Shown one piece after another: positions 25,801 through 37,386 of a stretch of DNA of 64,000 bases. Position 1 is the first letter of the stretch. Each line of letters opens with the position of its first letter. This stretch comes from Lingula anatina (lineage: Eukaryota; Animalia; Brachiopoda): assembly GCA_051362555.1 (NCBI GenBank), contig CM120644.1:3666954-3730953 (forward strand), written 5' to 3'. Under the pieces are notes generated by a model, which saw nothing but the letters and a program-made list of their open reading frames with translations, did no database searches and was not told the DNA's origin. A program made the position numbers and the translations under genes.

Positions 25801-27023
25801 TTTATAAGGTTTGTCGGGTTTCGTACGTAAGCCTATTGATAATAACAGCGTGCGCTATCTATGGAGTCTTTTGATGACAAGCGTCAAGAATCGTCCGTTT
25901 CTATCAACTGCTTCAAAGGCAACTTTTTGCGCATGTGTGCCTAGTGTATTATATATATAATTAACCAACGGGGCAGGACATGGTACTATTGTTAACAGAA
26001 ACCAAACAGTGCATGGATGACAATGTTATTTCCATGGTTACGCCAGGCCGTATGAACAACCCGCAGGGACCCGCAGAGTAAGTAAGAGGGCACTGTATAT
26101 ATACCAGTAGATTTATTTATCTATTTATTATGGAAGGTTTTAGTTGCATTTTAGAACAGTGAAGGTTATTAAAAAGCATTTGACAGCCATTATACGTGAT
26201 CCGATGAAAAGCATGGATTTCAGAATAATTACTATTTGCCGTTTTTGTGGTAAAATAGAGTGTTATTATATTTCTATGAGTTATTTACAATGTATTCGTT
26301 GTGAAATATAGATCTCATACAAAGAGTCGTTATCCCTTTAAGCATATATCCTTTTTGTAGTTTTCGACATCCATGGCCCTTAAATAATATGGTTGTACAT
26401 GTAACTTGGCACGGGGAAGCATATATATCCTTTTGTAATGCTCTTTTCAATGACATTTTAAACAGACATGCATTTCATGGAAGATATTGTTGCCAAGCAA
26501 AATACACGAATACACAGCTGGAAATGTAAATTGAACATATCAAACAAGTAAAACGTCTTAATCCTATTCGCCCTGAAAACCCTAAATATTCAGCAGTCCA
26601 AGGTAGTCAACTCAGTGTATCAAACAAAACGTCATACCTCGCGCAGAGAATATTACAGAATCTTTCTCATCTCTTCATCTCTGCTTCATATCTGTATCAT
26701 ACAAGCAACTGTAGATAATATAGATGCATTTTAAGGTCACCATATATTGATACCTTAATTTCCCTCACATTACTCTCGTCGTTTTAAAAGAAACGTTTAT
26801 GAGGCGATTGGACGTCTTTGAAGCCGTCTGTACGATAGTCGTCCGCCCCCACCAGTCTCTCGGATAGTTGAAAAAATGTTATGTCCCCCCTCCTCCCCAC
26901 CAAAGTCGATTGCATACCAATCGACAACTCACCCACACCCCCCGTTTTCTTGTTAACTCTCATTTTTATGTATTTTGATCATGGCAACAACGCGACCGCC
27001 ATCTTTGCATTCACGTTAGCCGG

Positions 27024-27567
27024 TGTGGCATGAATCGTTCGGAGCGTGAACCATCCGTTCTGCCCATGCGCACAAAGCACAGGCAAATCTGAGAGACTTC
27101 CGGCGTGTACGGTCCATCTCTATCGACTTTAATAAACCTACACTGTTGAGAACATACTGCATATTCAAACATTATGTTTAGAAATATTCATATCTTATAG
27201 TTGTTCACCTCTACTGCGATTTCTCTCAGGTGGCCATATAAACACACTGGCCAAGTAAAATCAATACAATAATACATGTAGTAGGCCAACACCTGAATAA
27301 CGACGGCCCGTTCATCCAAGCGTTGAACTGTAATTTGACGCTGATTCTCTATTAAAATCATCAATTAAAATTCTGTATTAACACATGGATTTTACCTAGA
27401 AACATACCCACTATAATAAATATATTATGAGGCGGGAAACGAACAAGACACATCATTGCATAGGTGAATAACAACGGATCATCCATGGAACGTTTCATAC
27501 ACGCATCTGCTGCATGTACAATCGGTCAGGACGGATGGTTCACGCAGAACGGACCGTACACGTGACA
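27024..27567. mobile_element. Non-autonomous Ginger1-type element (TGT..ACA, CCGG TSD)
   Basis: CCGG at 27020-27023 and 27568-27571. Ends TGTGGCATG.. / ..CACGTGACA. Imperfect TIRs share GCGTGAACCATCCGT(T/C)CTG. Confidence 0.7.
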
Positions 27568-28705
27568 CCGGTATGACGGGACCCAGAGTCTGCTGTCCGG
27601 GTGTATTAAAAAAATCAATAATAAAATAAATAAAAAAGCTAAAATCCATATTATTCTCGATATCGAACACACAGAATCATTTAGTAGTGTCCTTACCATG
27701 TCCTTGACAGGTGTCGGTCGCAGTAACACGAGGCCATGAAGTCGCTGCGCCAAACCTCGGAATTCTCTAACTAAATAAGGTCTAATGCATAATTACTTTT
27801 CCTTCTTTGTATTAAGATATGTGTGTGTGTGTGTGTGTTCTATTAATAATAAGGATTTTAGCTTTTTTATTATTTTAATATTTTTCTTTCACAAAAACGT
27901 TTTATTTGGAAAAGTCAATTGGTGCAGAGGTGAGGTGCTTTAAACATTCAGTTTAAATGTATAACGTAAAAAAGCTCCCAGAAAATACCCACCACAAAAT
28001 GAAATGACCCTCTCATGAACATATGTCTGGAACTCACGTGTATATAATGCACCGTGTAACGTTGAGTTTAACACTTTCACCATGGATCCATCTAGCATTC
28101 GGAGGTATTTTAACGATGACACGTATGCAACGGGTACAGCAATCAATAAAAAACGCTGCATACGCAGAAGCGCGTCAAAACACTATAAGGTAGGTAACTG
28201 TGTGGAAATATCTTTTAACATTTGTGCATCGTATTCTCACACAAATGGAATTATATTAACATTTCGAATACCTTCTTTTGGCCAAAATCCTATGCAGAGT
28301 CATCTGTGAAACATGTTTAATGTTTTCAGTTAGAAGATGGCACTTTTCTAGAGGATCAGAAATGAAAGTGCACAACATAGAAAATGGTAATGACATTGCA
28401 CCTTCAGACCATGGTACACCGTGGTAGAAAATGAAGAAAAATGGCAGACATGTATGTTAAGATACTTCATGGTATATTACCACTTCATAGGATAAGAATT
28501 ACTACTTCATGATAGAAGGCGACTTCATTGGTTAAAAAATAAGGACCCTTAGGAGACTTCGTAGTATATTACCACTTCATGGTACATTGTATCCAAACAT
28601 GTTTCAGTTCTGGTTGGATGTGGAAATTAGGCGTAAAGGTCGATATGATGTTTCATTCTAGACCTTGATTTCCAGAGTGACGCGTGTATTTGAAATGGTG
28701 TGTGT

Positions 28706-28736
<31 letters not shown>

Positions 28737-29008
28737 GGGAGAGTAACATTACTCACTCACATGATAGTGCGTATTTTATCTCGTTGGAGTTTAATGAAGC
28801 TGTTATTTTTAGATGTTCTCGTAGATACCCGTGAGATTAACTTCTATAAATAATGTACTTTATTTCAAGAGCTCCGGTCCAGTGACGGAAAGCATAAAGC
28901 TAGTTTTTTTGTTTTATCCATTTAGTTTTGAGATTTTTCAGATTTCAGGACGATTATAAACTGACAATATTTGGACGTTGAATCATGGCGGGTCTAAGGC
29001 ACTAGATG

Positions 29009-29176
29009 CAGGGGCGGATTTAGGCCGTCTTCTGGGTCTTCCGGAAAACGTTCAGATTTTCAAGTTTACATTGACAGGTATCTAATTTTTTCTGTCGGAA
29101 GACGGTCAAAAATGGAGGATGGATCAACAAAGATAATTTGGAAGACTGTTAGAAAATATCTCTGGATCCGCCCCTG
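29009..29176. mobile_element. 168-bp MITE, CAGGGGCGGAT TIR, 5-bp TSD AGATG
   Basis: CAGGGGCGGAT..ATCCGCCCCTG. AGATG at 29004-29008 and 29177-29181. Confidence 0.85.
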
Positions 29177-29979
29177 AGATGTATAAGACAAACGAAGTGT
29201 ATAAATAAACACATTGCCTGCCTTTAAACTAGGGCATAAAGCTGACCATGTGTGGTTTGATTGACGGCGCAGGTCTATGTGGCTAGTACACAGTAGCAAG
29301 AATGTATGTCTTTCCACTGTAGGTAGAGAACTCTACTAGGCAGAGAGGTTTTAGTTTTGCTCCACACTAGGTGTACATTAATATCTTTAACAAACCGTCT
29401 ATTCCATTATTCGTGTTATAGAAGTATCTCTTTTGTAACTATGACATAAATGTTATGACTTGCAATAACAAGCTGTAAAAATAGGCTTTTCTATTGATAT
29501 GCAACATAAATGTTTCGAAAATATATCGGTCGTTTAAAAAGATTGACCTCCTGGCCTATATACTTAATGAAAACGCTTAGGTCGGAAAGTCTGAAATCTG
29601 AATGATTTGAAACGGTCAACTGTCCAGATAGATGTTGGGGAGAATGAAATGCTGGGGATTCATAAAACTGGTGTAGAGCCGCATTTTGCAACTGCAACGC
29701 ATTTTAACCAAAGAAAATCGTGAAAACGAATTTTTCAACCGGAACGCATTTTGCAACCAGAATTTTTTCTTAGTCAATAAATAGCTAGTGTGAAGTTCTA
29801 TAGAGGTAGAATTGGAATGGGGACGGGGTTGTTTCGGCTAGGTACGCTTACATTGGTCAAGCTTTCCCTGTGGTGGACAATTTATTATATACATGCATAA
29901 TCTATTTCACATTGTTACTTCCTAAACCATCATAGTTATGAACTTGATACGTCGGGGATTAATAAACCTATCATTATAG

Positions 29980-31233
29980 GGATTTGCAAAGGCTCTTCGG
30001 AATTCAATTGTGACTTGGGGTGTGGTCGACCCTGGGGGTGGTCTATTCTAATTTTTACATCGTATTTTATGCTAGGAACATGAAACGTGGCTACATACTA
30101 TTTTGAATGTGGAAGGGCACTTTGGATTTTTTTTTTTTTTTTGGGGGGGGGGGGAGGGTCCTGGGGGCGGTTGAGTCTAATTGACATTGTTATTCCTGCT
30201 ATATCTATCCTTAGACCAATAAAACTGGGAACGTAAGGCTATGGGGATTGAAAAATCTGTCTTTGGGGATGTGTATGGGTCCTTCTGGGTTTTTGTGACA
30301 TTGGGTGTGGCCGTCCCTGGGGAGGTTGATTTTAAATTTTACATCGTTATTCGTGCTCCTACCCTTACGCCAATACAGTTGGGAACATGAAACCTTCCGG
30401 GCTGATAAGCTTACCATTGAGGATATGCATAGGTTTCCGGGAATGTTAGTATGATATTTCAGGTGTGGCTATCCCGGGGGGTGGTTGATTCTATTTTTCA
30501 CAACTTTATTTCTGCCATCTATACCCTTAAATTTTAAGGAACATAAAACAGAGATTGATGAACCTGTCATTTTGATAAATGTGCATGGGTCCTTGAGAAA
30601 TGTTGAGAACAGCAGAAGCACATACAGAACTAAATGGACTTCCAGCCATATGCATAAATATAGGTCAGGGAATCCAATTAAAAACTAATTCAAGGCCCCA
30701 CACACTCGATCAGGAATCCTATAGCGTTTAACTACTGTTGTGTCTTAACACAAAACTAAAATGTTTATTTCCCAAGAGCAGTAATTAACATGTGTGTTTT
30801 ATGTTAAAGAACAATGGAACTTGGACCCTAGGATTCCTGAGAGTATGGGGTCTTGAATGGGTTTTATTTAACTTGACCTATATTCAAGAATACGACTGAA
30901 GGTCTGTTATTTAGTACTGTCTGCTACTTTCTCTACATTTCCCCTTCCTTCCTAACTCGAAGACCGCCATCAGATTCACACATAGGATGTAGTACTAGCT
31001 GGGTCGGTCCAACTCTGCAAGGAATCTTAAGTGCAGTCTATGGAATCAGCTTCATTGCCTGACAAACCACTAATCACTCCACCCCCTAGGGACGGCCACA
31101 CCCCAAGTCACACTAATGTAGCCCACCCATGCACCAAAGACTCATGTTCCTAATTCGAATGGTCTAGGGGGAGATGAAATAAATTACGGTAATAAATATG
31201 TGTACCATCCCCAGGGACAGCCACACCCCAGGT

Positions 31234-31273
<40 letters not shown>

Positions 31274-31600
31274 GCCTATGCACACACCGACATTTTAGTT
31301 TCCTCAACCTAAAGACCTATGGGTATATAGCAGAAAATACAATTTAAAGATAATAATCAACCACCCCTAGGTCACCAAAGTCACCAAAAATCCGAAGGAC
31401 ACTTGCACATCCCTAATGGCAAGTTTAAATATCTCCAACGTCTCATGTTCCTCACTTTAATGGATAGAGGATACCAGTAACAACGATATAAAAATTATTT
31501 ACCCCCCCCCCCCCCAAAGTCCCACTACTAAAGGTCTACGGGTAGATAGCAGAAATTACGATGTAAAAATTACAATCAACCACAATTACAATCAACCACA
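29980..31600. repeat. Nested foldback structure with inverted subterminal repeats and a central hairpin (30595-30940)
   Basis: GTGTGGCCGTCCCTGGGG-type units on the left face CCCTAGGGACGGCCACAC units on the right. The central arms TTCAAGGCCCCACACACTC..CAGGAATCCTA and TAGGATTCCTGAGAGTATGGGGTCTTGAA pair. Confidence 0.6.
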
Positions 31601-32609
31601 ATTCTGAATAAATATCAATCTACAAGGCTGTTGATCTCGCAGATCAACTACGTTAATTAGGCTGCTAAACAACAAGTAGGCCTTATACCCCCCCCCTTCC
31701 GAACGCCTTATTAACAGGTTTCCAAATGCAGACTGTGCCGCAGATAATACTTTCGGGTCAAATGAGATCCAGCCAAGGGCACATTTCGGGGACGCCATTG
31801 ATCACATCATGATGGACATTCACAGGTGTAGGACCAGAACAGAGCATCTCCGAAACCAAGGGACAGACGTAAATCATTACACTTGCGCGTGTCTTTCCTC
31901 ATGGAAAAATTAGTCTTTTCAGAGTGGGACGCGACTTGATCAAGATAATTGTAGAGCACAATTATATACACGACCTTCTCTGCTTCTTTTTATTATCTAT
32001 TTATTTATCTTTAATAATTGATTCCTATTTGTTTATTCATCCATCTTATAATCCAGTAACCTACGCCTAAATTATGTTTTCATAGCCTGGTTTACCTGAT
32101 CCATTAGTTTTATGCATCAAGCAGATCTGGGAAGGGAGGGCCCAGGGGGTCTGGACCCCCTTTTCTTCAACGTTGACCATAATCTCCCATAATGTACTGA
32201 TTTTTAGAAATACTGGATCCTCACCTACATACGCCTGTGTATTTTAAAATTGCTCAAAACATGCATCCAATACCACTAAAGAAACCCTATTCAGTCATAC
32301 AAGTGAATTAAAACGTACAGTTTACCTATTTTGGATAATATTTACAGTACAAAAAACATTATATTTCAAAAACGTTCTCTCTCATAGCGTTGGGCCAACA
32401 ACAGGTACTTTTTCAACCATTATCCCATGAAGTCGCAGGCAATATCTTATGTGGAGATGAAGTCGCAATTTATCCTATGAAGTCGATTTGACAGTAAAAT
32501 CAGAGCATTTATCCCATGAAGTGGTAATATACCATGAAGTATCTTAACACATGTATCAAACATATGCACAGGACAGTGAGTGAAATTTACAGATATTTCT
32601 ATTCTTATA

Positions 32610-34003
32610 CACTGTAAAAACAGCGTTTAGCGTTTAAATACATACAACACACGTTAGGCACCTATACGCATTTAGAAATATGTGTAAAAGCTAAGCACGT
32701 ATAGCTTTCCAAGCGTTTCACAGAAGAAAAAGCTAGACACGTTGGCAGTGTTACACGTTTAGCTATGTGTTTAGCTTCACCAGCACATGATTCTATAATA
32801 AGCCTATCGCAAGCTAAGCACATTGGCTAAGCACTTTCCCTGCTAAGCGCGTGAGGCTTCTAAACATATGGAGCTGCTATAGATGTGGAACTCCTAAACG
32901 CGTGGAGCTGCTGAACAACACGTTTAGCTTTTCAAGCTTGTCACAGAAAAAAAAAACTTCACAATCCCATGTATACGATCCCATAACGAGTTTATTACAA
33001 GACTCAACAATTTGGCTTAGCATTTCCTCGTGTAAACGTATGGAGCTGTTGGAGGCGTGGAGCAGCCTGCTCGAACGCGTTGTGTCCTTCCTTGCAGTAA
33101 CGTGTGATTATTTAAAATAGGCCTATTAAGTAATAATCCAAATAACAAATTCACGACGTTATCAGCTGGTTACATGATGGTGTTGGTATAGAATAACGTT
33201 ATGGTAACGTTATGGGTGTTTTTAACTTTATGCAAAATGATGCCCTGCGGTTTTATAAGCGTTTTATAACATTCTGGCAAAACATTATTTAATGTTTTGA
33301 AGACCTTTTTTTTATAAATAATTAAAACACGTCTTATGCTGTACTAAGATCTAATAGGTCTATATCCGTTTATTAGATCTTAGTGCCGTATGAACTACAG
33401 TTAGCGGTTAATTCCAAATTGGGCTTGGGGTTAGTAGGCGACTAGAGCATTGCGATTTGTTAAATATTTGGACTATCGTTACCAAAATAACCGGCATGCG
33501 ATGAAAGCTTAAATAAATCATTATAGTGAATACCCCACCATCATCCTGATGTTCTATTGTTCATTACTTCCGGAAAAAATAAATAGACACCAATACCGTA
33601 ACGCATTTTATCAAAATATGTAAAAAAAACTGTTTTAAAGTAAAATTTATAGCTGTTTCGTGTCTTTAGTATTCAGAAATATATTCCAATAAACTTCCTC
33701 GCAAGGTCAGCTAACACAAGTATGAATAAATCCCGCTGTAAAGTTGATGGTGTAAAGTCAACGATGTTGACAGTTCACGGTACCCTGTTATAGATAGAGA
33801 TAGCTTTGTGTGTGTGTGTGTGTATGTGCGCGCGCGTGTGTGTGACTAAAACAGTTGAAACCCTTACCACCTAAAAGTTAAGCAAGTACACCCTACATTT
33901 ATAGGCGTCAAAGCGTGTAACATGTTAAGGAGCTTAACGTGCTTAGGGCTAAACGCGTCGAAAAAATGAGACAAAACAGGCGCTTAGAAATGTGTTTACA
34001 GTG
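32610..34003. mobile_element. Non-autonomous EnSpm/CACTA (CACTG-type) element in a Ginger intron
   Basis: CACTGTAAA..TTTACAGTG termini with a 2-bp TA duplication. Subterminal GCTAAGCAC/GTTTAGC repeats. Confidence 0.8.
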
Positions 34004-35008
34004 TACAACCTTTGGATTTATATTACTGTGAATGGAGTGTTAGTAATATGCATATACTGATATTTACAATGTACATTATAAATTGTGCTATTTTATTTTA
34101 TATGGTTTCTAAAATTTTTAGGTGGACATTTAGGAGTTACTAAAACTCTTTTGAAAATTGAACAGAGATACTTCTGGCTATCCATCTCGAAAGACGTAAA
34201 AGGGTTTCATAAGCAGCTGCAACCAGTGTCATCTTAATAATAAAAAAATGAAATCAACTGCTGCCCCACTACATCCTGTCGAAATAAATTGTAACAAACC
34301 TTGGTACCAAGTAAGGAGGCTAAATCAATTTAATGTTTTTGTCCAAGACGTTAAAACATCTTAAATAGCTAAAAATGATACATTTACTTTCCGCACTATG
34401 GATTTATGTCATTTTTCTAAAAATAATGGACATTATCCACTTTTGATCATATTACTAGAGCGTGTATACTTGTGCAATACCACAAATTGAAAAAATTATT
34501 TTAAATGAATAATAAATAAAAATTTATGTTACAGATTGGAATAGACCTGGTCTCAATGCAAGAGTCTTATAATGGAAATAAATACATATGTACTGTGTTA
34601 CTTGACAAAACATGCGTATGCAAAGCCACTGAAAACAAAGTGTGCCACTGAGGTGGCTACCTATCTGCTAGAGCTAAAGATGATGTTTTGTCATTCAGTG
34701 CAAGATGTACTTATTATTTTTATTGGGTTTCTAATGCATATTATTTTTGTTTGGAATTAGCAGATGAATTATAATACCCGAATGTCATATTATCCTACAT
34801 TTTATTTTATATAATAAGTGTTTTGTTAAGAACTTGTACATTACACACATTACTTATAAAAATCGTCCATGAAAACTTAAATTAATGCCATATCGTTTTT
34901 TTTTTTTTTTTTTTTTTTTTAGATTTGGATTTCCCTCTGTAATAATATCTGATCAAGGGAGAGAATTCTGCAATAAGGTCATGGAAGAAATCTGCAGTAA
35001 AACGAATA

Positions 35009-35416
35009 GTGAGAGGAGGGTGACAAGCCCATATCACCCCCAGTCTAATGGACTTACTGGTGAGAGGAGGGTGACAAGCCCATATCACCCCCAGTCTAAT
35101 GGACTTACTGGTGAGAGGAGGGTGACAAGCCCATATCACCCCCAGTCTAATGGACTTACTGGTGAGAGGAGGGTGACAAGCCCATATCACCCACAGTCTA
35201 ATGGACTTACTGGTGAGAGGAGGGTGACAAGCCCATATCACCCCCAGTCTAATGGACTTACTGGTGAGAGGAGGGTGACAAGCCCATATCACCCCCAGTC
35301 TAATGGACTTACTGGTGAGAGGAGGGTGACAAGCCCATATCACCCCCAGTCTAATGGACTTACTGGTGAGAGGAGGGTGACAAGCCCATATCACCCCCAG
35401 TCTAATGGACTTACTG
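35009..35416 (+). repeat. 8 x 51-bp tandem repeat of the integrase exon end (ERRVTSPYHPQSNGLTG)
   Basis: Unit GTGAGAGGAGGGTGACAAGCCCATATCACCCCCAGTCTAATGGACTTACTG. One substitution seen (unit 4, CCC>CCA). Confidence 0.97.
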
Positions 35417-35880
35417 GTGCATACATGTTCGTACTTCATATTGTTTATGGCGGATATACAAAATATGTAGCCGTTATAGATTAGTACATATCTCCTTATG
35501 CTGATTTCGAAAATCGCTGTCAGGTAGACAAAAAAGGATGAATGATCTTTGTCCTTTAAGACTTAATTTCTTTTTACAAGTAAACATTGAATAACGATAT
35601 TTACGAAGAGCAGTATGTAAAATGTTTCACTGATTAGACTGTTTCATTTTATATTACAGAACGGTTTAATCAAACGGTAAAGAATATGTTTGCTAAATCT
35701 ATTAAGGGCCCACGAAGGGGGTATTAGGTGCTACATGTAGCAGGCTGCGTAGTTTCATACAACACTTCCCAACATGAAAGCACAAAGCACAGCCCTTTCT
35801 ATTTAATATTTGGCACGTAAGTAAATGATAAAGTAGACCCCATTTTAAACTAACAACAAGTAAACTATTGTCCTCACTCT

Positions 35881-35921
<41 letters not shown>

Positions 35922-37386
35922 ATGTACGTAGCATTTTTTTTAGTGAAGCTGTACTACCGACAGATAGAGTAAAAAAACGCCCAGGAAGGACTTACTGAAG
36001 AACATGTAGATATTGTCCAGAGAATACAAATGGTACACGACCTGCACTATGTAGTGAGAAAGAATGTAATTGATAACATTTCTGCTGCACAAACAAAGCA
36101 GAAGAGGAATTATGACAAAATCCGTGCAAATGAGGTATTATTTGTATATCCATCTAATGTAAAATGCTATATTTAATTAATATTGATAAAATACTACTTT
36201 TAAAATGTTATATAAAAGTTGAAAAGCATTTTTAAGCAATATATATTAATAGATAATTTTTCAAAAGTTGATAATGTTTGGGCGTCTGTGTACCTAATAC
36301 AAGCGTAGGCCTACTAATTTCCTATGATTAGCAACTGGTAATACGTGTAAAATTAATATTTACATATAATTACCATTATGAAATGCAAATAAAAACTTTC
36401 TTTTTCATTTTTTCATGAAGGAATTTCAGATTGGTTGTAAGGTGTTGAAGAAAAGTCTAAGGAGGGAGGACCGAAAGGGGGTAAAACAGCTACAAAATAC
36501 CTGGGCCCTTACCTCATAGTAAAGAAAAGGCCAAATGGAACATATATCTTGGAAAATTTAAACAGACAAAAATTAAAAAACAGCTGTTGGTGCTGCACAA
36601 CTGAAGCTATACAGAGAAAATGAGTGAGTTTTAATGTTGTCTTCAAATGTAAATTTGAACCTTTTAACCGTTCTTTAAAAAATAACATGAGATTTAAAAC
36701 TTGACCTCAGACCTGAGACCCCAAGTTTTGAAACTTTGTCCTGAGACCCTGAGACCCCGGCGGACTGTGAGTTTTAAAAATTAGGGTCCAGCGGACCCTA
36801 AAATGGTGGGACTCTCTGTCACGACACATGAAGTATATTTGCAAAAAGCCAGGCTCTTACGGCATTTCGCGTGGGTACTGACTGGGACAGCAGTCACTTT
36901 CAGATTTTTTGTTATTTTTTTAACAGGCGCAGATTTCTGCGGGCGAGGAAGTCATTCATGACATTTATATCATTGTGTCTTAACAAATGGAACAGTCAAG
37001 CATTTTAAGATAGTGAAAATAGTTGTAATACTGGATCTCACGTTTAAACGGACTCCTGGACGTTTGGAAAGTATCACAAGGCTTTCTTCAGGTGAAATGA
37101 ATTTGACTCGACACCGGTGTCACGTGCTATCATTATATGTAGATTAAGCCTTTAACTATGAAATATACGATGTGGCGTGTTTTCATGGGCATTGTAAAAC
37201 CGTTGTCTTCTCTAACACAACCCCGAAATCCCAATCTTAAAAGAAAACTATAAATTTGAGTAGGGCCTGTTTTAATGAATATACTAGCATTACAAATAAA
37301 ATATCGAAAAATGCATATGTGTAAACTTTGCAATGTTTTAAATTCATATTGTAATATCAAGCGAAACGAGACATTGTTTATATATA

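Larger units (their letters stand above)
17042..26109. repeat. Near-identical tandem duplication: 17042-21565 and 21586-26109 (4524 bp each) with a 20-bp filler
   Basis: Constant offset of 4544 across ORFs and sequence. Junction filler TACCATATATACTATATACC at 21566-21585. Confidence 0.95.
28455..32549. mobile_element. 4.1-kb non-autonomous TIR element, TGT..ACA ends, 6-bp TSD CATGTA
   Basis: 41-bp TIR TGTTAAGATACTTCATGGTATATTACCACTTCAT(A/G)GGATAA with one mismatch. CATGTA at 28449-28454 and 32550-32555. Subterminal ACTTCAT repeats. Removing it restores EKWQTCIKHMH. Confidence 0.85.
28082..36627 (+). pseudogene. Intron-containing Ginger1/GIN1-like integrase; exons approx. 28082-28189, 28330-28454+32556-32575, 34122-34310, 34535-~34680, 34923-35059, 35660-35816, 35944-36134, 36421-36627
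   Basis: RYFNDDTY..KKRCIRRSASKHYK (GIN1-like N-terminus); HMH..GHLGVTKT..RYFW..CNQC (HHCC); PWYQ|IGIDL; RFGFPSVIISDQGREFCN; SPYHPQSNGLT|ERFNQT (D-35-E); YNTSQHESTKHSPFYLIFG; QKRNYD; KYLGPYLI (GPY/F). GT..AG junctions and several frameshifts. Confidence 0.88.
27572..37113 (+). mobile_element. Ginger1/GIN-type integrase DNA transposon, decayed, with nested insertions (right end 36826 or 37113)
   Basis: Contains a spliced Gypsy-like integrase gene with no RT or gag. Bounded by CCGG at 27568-27571 and 37114-37117. Candidate ..ACA ends at 36826 and 37113; the TIR match is weak. Confidence 0.65.

Noticed and set aside
17042-26109. Pure assembly artefact
   Set aside because: The unique 20-bp templated filler at the junction argues for a biological event, although reads are needed to exclude an artefact.
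35009-35416. CRISPR-like array
   Set aside because: Head-to-tail identical units with no spacers, no cas genes and a eukaryotic context. It is a duplicated integrase exon end.
34882-35439. 185-aa minus-strand repeat ORF
   Set aside because: Antisense shadow of the 51-bp repeat.
34122-36627. Gypsy LTR retrotransposon
   Set aside because: No LTRs, gag, protease or RT/RNase H, and the integrase is split by spliceosomal introns.
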